A DNA stretch of 64,000 nt from contig JAIMBL010000004.1 in assembly GCA_023511615.1 (NCBI GenBank), positions 11,478 through 75,477 of the forward strand, read 5' to 3'. The stretch's first letter is position 1. Each line of letters opens with the position of its first letter. Both the position numbers and the translations under genes were made by a program. This document shows, piece by piece, positions 57,660-64,000 of this stretch. Under the pieces are notes generated by a model, which was not told where the DNA came from, made no database searches, and worked only from the letters and a program-made list of their open reading frames with translations. The DNA is from Leptolyngbyaceae cyanobacterium HOT.MB2.61. Its GTDB lineage: Bacteria > Cyanobacteriota > Cyanobacteriia > Leptolyngbyales > Leptolyngbyaceae.

Positions 57660-57778
57660 AAGGGACTCAGGCGATGGACTAGAGGCAATGGACGACAGGC
57701 GATTGTTTCCTCCTGCTTACTGCTCTTCCCCCTACCACCTTTGCCCCCCCCTCTGCCATCGCCAACAAAAGTATTCAA

Positions 57779-58702
57779 ATGATAAAGAACACTAAAAGCC
57801 TGAAACAGGTTTCCTGGCTGACAAAGATTCTCCTGCTCGTGCTACTTGGTATTGCAGTCGCGCTTACGGTGTTGGGGATTGAATCCCTCAATCGGGCGGG
57901 AACTCTACGCGTCTTTGATCGGTTTGTGGCGGATCTGGGCAGTCAGTATCGGCAGTGGTTTCAACAGCAAAATCCAATAGCAAACTTACCGCTGCTGCTG
58001 CTGCTGTCCTTTACTGGAGGATTGGTTGCCAGTATTTCGCCTTGCATTTTGTCTCTGTTGCCTGTCAACCTCAGTTACATCGGCACCCGTGAAATTACTT
58101 CTCGGCGGGATGCCTTTTCTAAGGCGGGGGCTTTTGTTTTGGGAGTTGTTACGGTCCTGAGTCTGTTTGGTTTATTTTCTTCCCTGGCGGCGATCGTCCT
58201 GATTCGGTTTCGTGGCTACTTCCATGTCCTGGTCGGGATGATCATTCTGGTCATGGGGTTGAGTCTGGCTGGAATTATTTGCTTACCTCTGCCACCGCAG
58301 CGTTTTGTGCAGGTTGCGGGGCCATTAGAGGAGAAGCATCGAAAGACTCCTGCTTTGTTAGTTGGTAAAATCCGCGCCTTGCTTGCGGGTCCCTATGGCG
58401 TTGGGCTCACGTTTGCACTGGTAAGCTCGCCCTGCACCAGCCCGGTTATGTTTGCAGTGCTGGCAGCGGGGGCAGCAACGGGTTCTCAAGGTTTAGGCGT
58501 ACTCACAATGGTTAGTTACGCTCTGGGTTATACTGCAATTATTTTTCTGGCCAGTTTGTTTACGGGGCTGGCAAAACAAACTCGTGGCTTACTGAAGCAT
58601 TCAGAAACCATTGTTCGTCTTGCCAGTCTGGTACTGTTACTCGTGGGTGGTTTCTATGTAGTGAATGGCAGTCGCTGGATTATCGCCACTTTCAGGCTGT
58701 AG
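57779..58702 (+). CDS. ccdA: cytochrome c biogenesis / thiol:disulfide electron transporter CcdA (DsbD family)
   Basis: Multi-pass membrane protein with the two conserved Cys motifs LVASISPCILSLLPVNLSYIG and ALVSSPCTSPV. Confidence 0.85.
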   Translation: MIKNTKSLKQVSWLTKILLLVLLGIAVALTVLGIESLNRAGTLRVFDRFVADLGSQYRQWFQQQNPIANLPLLLLLSFTGGLVASISPCILSLLPVNLSYIGTREITSRRDAFSKAGAFVLGVVTVLSLFGLFSSLAAIVLIRFRGYFHVLVGMIILVMGLSLAGIICLPLPPQRFVQVAGPLEEKHRKTPALLVGKIRALLAGPYGVGLTFALVSSPCTSPVMFAVLAAGAATGSQGLGVLTMVSYALGYTAIIFLASLFTGLAKQTRGLLKHSETIVRLASLVLLLVGGFYVVNGSRWIIATFRL

Positions 58703-59408
58703 CAGGAGCAACTGGAAGGGTGATGGCCACTGTTTGCAGGCCGTTGGAGTGATGCTGACAGGTTACCTGACCGTTCTGTACTTCAATTCGGCGGCAGCAG
58801 AGAACAACTTCTGTAGCAAAGTCGCGATCGCCTGCTGGCGCGAACCGCTGAGCCGTCACTTTTAAAAGAACTTTATCTGCAACGGATTTTGCTGCCAAAA
58901 CAACAGGAGAGCCCGGATTGGAATACTTCATGCTCCTCCCCAGCAAATCAGTTAAAACCGCTTCAGTCAGTTCCCGGTCTGCCAGAACATCAGGCAGGCG
59001 GGGATCAATCTCGCAAATCAGGCGAACAGCGCTCCCCGCCTTGGTATTCAACAGATGACGGCTAACCGCTTCCAATAGCGGGTAGAGGTCGAGGGACTCA
59101 AGGCAAACAGGAACTTTGCCTGCTTCCAACTTTTGCAGCAGCATGGCATCGGCAATCAGGTCACAAAGACTGCTGACTTCCTGCTGCATGGAATCCAGGT
59201 GCAGTTGCCAGGCAGGTGAATCCTGGGATGATTCTGTCAGACAATTAAGTTGTTTGACAAATGTTTCGAGCGATCGCCCTACTCTCCGCTCCAGGGATTC
59301 AATCACGGACCTTTGAGCGGATAAATATTTCTTAAGCTCGACGTTCTCTGCCTGTAGCTGTTGCAAAGAATCTGAGCGAATTTGTGTAGGAGCGCTCTGC
59401 TGGGACAT
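58692..59408 (-). CDS. degenerate histidine-kinase-like protein (no recognisable H-box His, N-box Asn or G-boxes)
   Basis: Coiled-coil DHp-like segment (LQAENVELKKYLSAQRSVIESLERRVGRSLETFVKQL) plus a HATPase-like fold (LESLDLYPLLEAV..., LTEAVLTDLLGRSMKYS, VLLKVTAQR). The catalytic residues are replaced. Start set at ATG 59408. Confidence 0.55.
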   Translation of the reverse strand: MSQQSAPTQIRSDSLQQLQAENVELKKYLSAQRSVIESLERRVGRSLETFVKQLNCLTESSQDSPAWQLHLDSMQQEVSSLCDLIADAMLLQKLEAGKVPVCLESLDLYPLLEAVSRHLLNTKAGSAVRLICEIDPRLPDVLADRELTEAVLTDLLGRSMKYSNPGSPVVLAAKSVADKVLLKVTAQRFAPAGDRDFATEVVLCCRRIEVQNGQVTCQHHSNGLQTVAITLPVAPATA

Positions 59409-59522
59409 GGGGGTCCAATAAAAAATAATTGTTATGCTAACAGTTATAACCTCTCTTGTTAAGGAAAGTAACAATTTTTCAGTTTTTTTGCTGAGATTTT
59501 TATTTTTTCTTAAGATTCGTTT

Positions 59523-59631
59523 TATAGCTATAGCTACCAGGCTTAGGACGGGGTGCAGGGGCGGAACCCCTGGTTGGGGGCGAGCTCCCCCCCCTTAAAC
59601 CCAGTGTCCTAAGCAACCTGGCGACAGCTAT
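59523..59631. mobile_element. family A MITE-like repeat, full-length copy
   Basis: TATAGCTATAGCTACCAGGCTTAGGACGGGGTGCAGGGGCGGAACCCCTGGTTGGGGGCGAGCTCCCCCCCTTAAACCCAGTGTCCTAAGCAACCTGGCGACAGCTAT. Imperfect terminal inverted repeats are CCAGGCTTAGGAC/GTCCTAAGCAACCTGG. Confidence 0.75.
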
Positions 59632-59740
59632 CAGTCATGGGTAAGCTGCTAAAGATTTTCCTGATCGTCGCGGGTAGAATTGGCGACATACATCTCCAGA
59701 AGAGCAATGCCGCAACGTAAGAAAAGTTTGAGAAGCGACT

Positions 59741-61639
59741 TCAAGGCTTCTCAAAACGGCATCTGTCTTTTAGCCAGCCCACTTCTTCCTCATTTAGCAG
59801 GGGGGATAGTTTTTCTACAACGGTTCGATGGTAGGTTTCTAACCATTGGCGTTGAGATTCATTGAGCTGTTGCAAATTAATCAGTTGCTTGTCGAAAGGG
59901 ATGTAGGTCAAGGATTCAAACCCGTACCAGACTTTGGGTGGCTCAGCTCCTTCTTCTTGAGGTGGGGTCAGGTCTTTAACCATATAGAGATTTTCGATCC
60001 GGATACCGCCCCAACCAGGTTCGTAGTAGCCGGGCTCAATGCTGGTGATCATGCCGGGTTCTAGTGGCTCGCTTACCCGCTTGCTAATGCCATTCGGTCC
60101 TTCGTGGACGTTGAGAAATGCGCCAACGCCGTGCCCTGTACCGTGTCCGTAATCCAGTTCAGCATGCCACAGGGTCGATCGCGCAATTCCATCCAACTGT
60201 GCCCCTGTGGTACCTTTTGGAAAGCGCTGCATAGCGCAGTTGATATGAGCTTTCAAAACTTCTGTGTAGCGTTCGATTTGGGCTGGTGTGGGATCGCCAA
60301 TGATTACGGTACGGGTGTCGTCTGTTGTGCCGGAGGTATATTGAGCGCCAGAGTCTAGCAGCAAGAACTCTCCGGGGTTCAGTACTCGCTCTGGATTGGG
60401 AGTCCCGTAATGAACGATTGAGCTGTTGGCACCTGCACCCGCGATGGTATTAAAGCTCAAACCCTGAAAACCCTCTTCTGCAGCATAGAAGTGTTCCACT
60501 GTGGCTGCTACATCCGCTTCTGTGATTGCATTTCCTCGCTCTACCTGCTCCGATAGCCACTTCAGAGTGCGAGTTTTAGCACGGCTAGCTTTCAGGTTTG
60601 CCTGCTGCATCTGGGCTAACTCGACTGCATTCTTGCGGGCTTTCATGCCCTCAATTGGGTTACTGGTTTCCAGAATCTTGCAACGGCTGGGGTGGTCTTT
60701 GAGGAGGATGCAGGTACCCATTGTGCTGCGTTTGGGGTCGAGCAATACGCGGCAGGGAGTTGTTTGAGAGAGGAGCGATCGCAACGTCGCCCCGTATTCC
60801 TCGTAGGGGCGCAACGTCACATAGGCTTGAAGCTGGTTTCGGATGGAAGGTTGAATGCGTTCCAGGTTGGTGAATAGCCATGCTTTGTCGAGGGTAAGGA
60901 TGGCGTAGGCGATAAACACAGGGTTGTAGGGCACATCCCAACCCCGCAGGTTAAATAGCCAGGCAATTTGATCCAGTTTGGTGACGGGCAAAATCTGGAC
61001 ATTTTTCTTCTCCATCTCTTCCCGGACTCGCTTCAGCTTTTGCTGGATGGATTCCCCCGTTAGAGTATCGGGCAGGTAGAACAGCTTGGAGGTGGCAAGC
61101 GCTGGGAGCGGCTCAATCTCGGCCCAAATGGGGAGCGATCGCACCTTATCTACCAAATTTTCCAGCAGGGGCACCAGAGCCACGCCACAGGGTTCAATTC
61201 GCTTCTGAAAATCGCGGTACTGTTTCACTGACAGTGTGAAGGGATCAAACCCCAGCCGAAATTCTTTTCCCTGCTGGTTGGCCTGTTGCCCCAACTCTTC
61301 CAGTGTTTCCTCCAGAGTTTTGTGCCCCTCCAATCCCACCTTTGAAATTTGAATCAGGGTGGGATCGACCTCTAACTCTGCCTGCTCGTAATAGCGGGAA
61401 TCGACATACAGCCATGCCTGCTGACGCCCCACCAGCAAGTCGCCAGCGGAACCACTAAAACCACTGATCCAGGGGCGGCGTTGTCTCGCTTCTGGCAGAT
61501 ATTCATTCAAATGCTCGTCAGTGGAGGGAATCAGGTAAGCATCAATCTGGTGGGCGGCGAGGAGCGAGCGCAAATCCTCTAACTTTGCACGGACAGTTGT
61601 GAACGTTGGTTGAGCCGATAGAAGATGAGTAGAAGCCAT
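59741..61639 (-). CDS. Xaa-Pro aminopeptidase (M24B, aminopeptidase P, three-domain type)
   Basis: Creatinase/prolidase N-terminal domains followed by the M24 metal-ligand motifs (LLDSGAQY..GTTDDTR, HGTGHGVGAFLNVHEGP, SIEPGYY, IRIENL). Start at ATG 61639; the track begins one codon earlier at TTG. Confidence 0.88.
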   Translation of the reverse strand: MASTHLLSAQPTFTTVRAKLEDLRSLLAAHQIDAYLIPSTDEHLNEYLPEARQRRPWISGFSGSAGDLLVGRQQAWLYVDSRYYEQAELEVDPTLIQISKVGLEGHKTLEETLEELGQQANQQGKEFRLGFDPFTLSVKQYRDFQKRIEPCGVALVPLLENLVDKVRSLPIWAEIEPLPALATSKLFYLPDTLTGESIQQKLKRVREEMEKKNVQILPVTKLDQIAWLFNLRGWDVPYNPVFIAYAILTLDKAWLFTNLERIQPSIRNQLQAYVTLRPYEEYGATLRSLLSQTTPCRVLLDPKRSTMGTCILLKDHPSRCKILETSNPIEGMKARKNAVELAQMQQANLKASRAKTRTLKWLSEQVERGNAITEADVAATVEHFYAAEEGFQGLSFNTIAGAGANSSIVHYGTPNPERVLNPGEFLLLDSGAQYTSGTTDDTRTVIIGDPTPAQIERYTEVLKAHINCAMQRFPKGTTGAQLDGIARSTLWHAELDYGHGTGHGVGAFLNVHEGPNGISKRVSEPLEPGMITSIEPGYYEPGWGGIRIENLYMVKDLTPPQEEGAEPPKVWYGFESLTYIPFDKQLINLQQLNESQRQWLETYHRTVVEKLSPLLNEEEVGWLKDRCRFEKP

Positions 61640-61718
61640 CAAGATAGGGAGTAGAAGATAGGAATATATAGGATAAACACAAAGAATCCCAATTCAGGAA
61701 TTGCTAGTACCTGTAGAA

Positions 61719-61857
61719 GTTATAACGGCTCTCCTAAGAGTTTGGTGATAGGCGACGCTTATCACCAAAACAAAATCAATATTCCAGGAATTTTGTTTGA
61801 GATAAAAGAGTAGCGTACGCTACTCTTTCACCGGCAAGCTGGGAGAACCGTTATAAC
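61719..61857. mobile_element. family B MITE-like repeat, full-length copy with 16-bp terminal inverted repeats
   Basis: GTTATAACGGCTCTCC ... GGAGAACCGTTATAAC (15/16 complementary). Two internal hairpins: GGTGATAGGCGACGCTTATCACC and AAAGAGTAGCGTACGCTACTCTTT. Confidence 0.75.
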
Positions 61858-61969
61858 GATTTTCTGCTGCAATTTGTTCTTTAAGGGGTTGCCCTGGAAA
61901 TAGTATCCCTGCCTCCCGACTCAGAAATTATCACAAAAATTTGACAGTCTCGTTCCTCGAACAGTTTGG

Positions 61970-62317
61970 TTATGAGCCAAGCTTAAAGGCTTCCAGAAAC
62001 AGTGCATAGGTTAGTCCGATTTTTAGTCCATTTGCGATCTCAATCAAGAGCGATCGCGTCCTTTCAGGCCTACTTCGGTATGTGATCAGGTCAATGAATT
62101 CAACCGTGGCAACCAGAATCACCGCAATCACAACATCCTGTGAACCTCGCTGGCCTGAGATGGCGGCGATCGCAATCCCCAAAAAGTTACCCAGCAAGAC
62201 ACTAATAATGATTACAGACAGTCTTCGCCAGGGGTTTCGTAACCAGCTTCCTAGCCGGTCAGTCGTAGCACCAAACAAGGTGTTAAGACGAGTATTTTGC
62301 ACAGCTAAAATCCCCAA
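61970..62317 (-). CDS. Ycf20-like (DUF565) membrane protein
   Basis: NPWRRLSVIIISVLLGNFLGIAIAAISGQ...VIAVILVATVEFI...GLKIGLTYALFLEAFKLGS fits DUF565/Ycf20. TTG start. Confidence 0.7.
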   Translation of the reverse strand: MGILAVQNTRLNTLFGATTDRLGSWLRNPWRRLSVIIISVLLGNFLGIAIAAISGQRGSQDVVIAVILVATVEFIDLITYRSRPERTRSLLIEIANGLKIGLTYALFLEAFKLGS

Positions 62318-62429
62318 TGAAATTTGTCTTCTGCTGCCATCACTCCAATTTTCTCTGATAAAAGCCTATCTAGAAAACTGATTGATAGTGATAGTCTACA
62401 CCTGGAGGCTGTTTGGGAAGGAGTTGATG

Positions 62430-62506
62430 GTAAGAAGGGGAAGTGGGGCATTGCCCCCAGGCAAAGGGTTTCACCCCCTCCACCCCCCAAAACCATCGTT
62501 AATTGG
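62430..62506. repeat. family A (short subfamily) repeat
   Basis: GTAAGAAGGGGAAGTGGGGCATTGCCCCCAGGCAAAGGGTTTCACCCCCTCCACCCCCCAAAACCATCGTTAATTG. It directly abuts a family C copy. Confidence 0.65.
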
Positions 62507-62585
62507 TAGTGCCCAAATCGTAATGATTTTTGAGTCGTTAATGATGGCGGCTGGTGCCGCTCATCATTACCTTGTTAGGTCTACC
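62505..62585. repeat. family C dispersed repeat
   Basis: GGTAGTGCCCAAATCGTAATGATTTTTGAGTCGTTAATGATGGCGGCTGGTGCCGCTCATCATTACCTTGTTAGGTCTACC. Confidence 0.7.
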
Positions 62586-62694
62586 TATCCAAGCGGTGTA
62601 TGATTCGTCACTGGCAGCAACAGGAATGCATAATAGGACTATCTAACCATGATCCAGTTGTAAGCAGGATCCAGTTGTAAGCAGAGGTATCAGG

Positions 62695-63189
62695 ATGGGG
62701 CGATCTTATTGTGCCATGCTAGCCCTAGCGATTGTGGCAGTTCTACAAACCGCTTATTATTACCCCCAACTCCCCAACATTGTTGCCTCTCATTTCGATG
62801 GGGTTGGGCGGGTAAATGATTGGTCTTCTAAAAATACTTTTTTCCTGCTCTATCTGGCAATGATTGCTCTGATTCTTGCCATATTCTGGGGACTGCCATT
62901 GCTTACTCAGCACACTTCTACATCGCTGATCAATTTACCTAATAAACACTACTGGCTTGCCGAAGGGAGGAGAGAATCAACACTGAGATTCTTTCAGCAA
63001 CAAATGGGCTGGTTTGGAGTTGCAACATTGCTGATGGCCATTTCTGTTATGCAGCTTGCTATCAACGCCAATCTGAATGCCACCCGCTATCTTCCGGGTC
63101 GTTCTTTTTGGATGATTCTGGCTGTTTACTTTCTGTATGTGATCGGATGGCTCATTCGTTTCTATGCCAGATTTGGAAGAACATCCTGA
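62695..63189 (+). CDS. DUF1648 domain-containing membrane protein
   Basis: Four TM helices, with an N-terminal YYYPQLPNIVASHFDGVGRVNDWSSK typical of DUF1648. It is preceded by a perfect 17-bp tandem duplication (62651-62684). Confidence 0.7.
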   Translation: MGRSYCAMLALAIVAVLQTAYYYPQLPNIVASHFDGVGRVNDWSSKNTFFLLYLAMIALILAIFWGLPLLTQHTSTSLINLPNKHYWLAEGRRESTLRFFQQQMGWFGVATLLMAISVMQLAINANLNATRYLPGRSFWMILAVYFLYVIGWLIRFYARFGRTS

Positions 63190-63211
63190 ACAAATCAATT
63201 TGTTATTGATA

Positions 63212-63237
63212 CTTATCACCAAACTCTCAGGAGAGCC
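63212..63237. repeat. family B repeat fragment
   Basis: CTTATCACCAAACTCTCAGGAGAGCC is the reverse complement of the left end of family B. Confidence 0.5.
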
Positions 63238-63264
63238 TTCAGAATAGAGTTAAGAAGAACAAAT

Positions 63265-63759
63265 ATGAAAAAGCGACGGTTCTTGTATACAGGCACAGTC
63301 ATTATTGGCGCAGTCTGGTTATCACGCTACTTTCCCTGGAGGTCTGAATCAATGGCAACGGCAAGTAACGAATTTGAAGTCACCAAAACTGAGGAAGAGT
63401 GGCGTAAAATCCTCACCCCAGAGCAGTTCTACGTTCTGCGAAAACATGGTACGGAACGCGCTGGCACCAGCCCCCTCGATAAAACCTACGCCAAAGGCAC
63501 GTATCGATGCGCAGGATGCGGGCTTCCCCTGTTTCCCTCGGAAACCAAGTTTAACAGTGGCACAGGATGGCCCAGCTTTTATGCGCCACTGGAAGGGGCA
63601 GTAGAAACATCCATCGATCGCTCATTCTTCATGACCCGTGTCGAAGTCCATTGCCGCCGCTGTGGTGGGCATTTGGGTCATGTATTTGATGATGGCCCCA
63701 GACCCACTGGGAAACGCTACTGCATAAACGGCGTGGCTCTGGAGTTTGTTGCAGAATAG
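63265..63759 (+). CDS. msrB: peptide-methionine (R)-S-oxide reductase MsrB (possible exported form; alternative cytosolic start at 63352)
   Basis: SelR domain: EEEWRKILTPEQFYVLRKHGTERAGT, two CxxC zinc motifs (CAGCG, CRRCG), GWPSF, and HLGHVFDDGP...RYCINGVAL with the catalytic Cys. The long form begins MKKRRFLYTGTVIIGAVWL. The short form starts at ATG 63352 with GGAGG 9 nt upstream. Confidence 0.9.
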   Translation: MKKRRFLYTGTVIIGAVWLSRYFPWRSESMATASNEFEVTKTEEEWRKILTPEQFYVLRKHGTERAGTSPLDKTYAKGTYRCAGCGLPLFPSETKFNSGTGWPSFYAPLEGAVETSIDRSFFMTRVEVHCRRCGGHLGHVFDDGPRPTGKRYCINGVALEFVAE

Positions 63760-63873
63760 AAGGGAACAAGAAGAGGCCAAGTTTTAAGGACGGGGACTGG
63801 GGGCTAGAGGTCAGGTCTATTACCCCGTCCCAATCTCCGGATCTTATTTAATTTGTGATCCCAATTTGGGATT

Positions 63874-63999
63874 CTAAATCGATGAGTGTTGAATCACAGA
63901 AACAATCACTTCACCAGTGTTATCCCCAATGTAGGTATCAAAGAAGAAAGCATGCAACATTGCTGGTTCCAGCACTTCTAGACAAAGGGTCTCGTCGTA
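63874..63999 (-). CDS. 3' end of an unidentified CDS running off the window edge
   Basis: Hand translation of the minus strand from the window edge gives ...YDETLCLEVLEPAMLHAFFFDTYIGDNTGEVIVSVIQHSSI* (41 codons, no internal stop). It is too short to assign. Confidence 0.35.
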   Translation of the reverse strand, partial: YDETLCLEVLEPAMLHAFFFDTYIGDNTGEVIVSVIQHSSI

Positions 64000-64000
64000 C

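Overview
64-kb chromosomal segment of a cyanobacterium, probably a filamentous Leptolyngbya/Oscillatoriales-like strain. The calls supporting that origin are the very frequent HIP1 octamer GCGATCGC, petJ, an nblS/hik33-type kinase, dapL, ycf20-like, DUF4058 and cyAbrB genes. Most of the window is housekeeping: ClC channel, rlmB-mrnC, rpmF, cysA, hemB, pyrG, dapL, purD, groES-groEL with a perfect CIRCE operator, petJ, msrB and several sensor kinases. Four things stand out. (1) A ~9.6-kb island at 47.1-56.7 kb has a PilA1-type prepilin gene flanked by two TPR+GT41 (O-GlcNAc-transferase-like) proteins. One of these is fused to two SAM-methyltransferase modules, and two tandem paralogous methyltransferases sit alongside. 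I read this as a candidate pilin modification system. (2) A lipoprotein carrying TPR repeats and a VKOR-type thioredoxin-like domain lies next to CcdA, with an MsrB that may be exported about 5 kb away. (3) A 1082-aa homologue of the eukaryotic phosphorylase-kinase alpha/beta (GH15-like) subunits is followed by a TPR gene split at a G5 run. (4) At least four families of small MITE-like intergenic repeats occur, sometimes nested, along with G-rich, polypurine and GAGTTTTGAG-type low-complexity tracts. One real gene below the ORF-track cutoff was found by hand translation (rpmF, 58 aa). No tRNA, rRNA or CRISPR array was recognised. All homology calls come from motif recognition by eye, and no database search was run.
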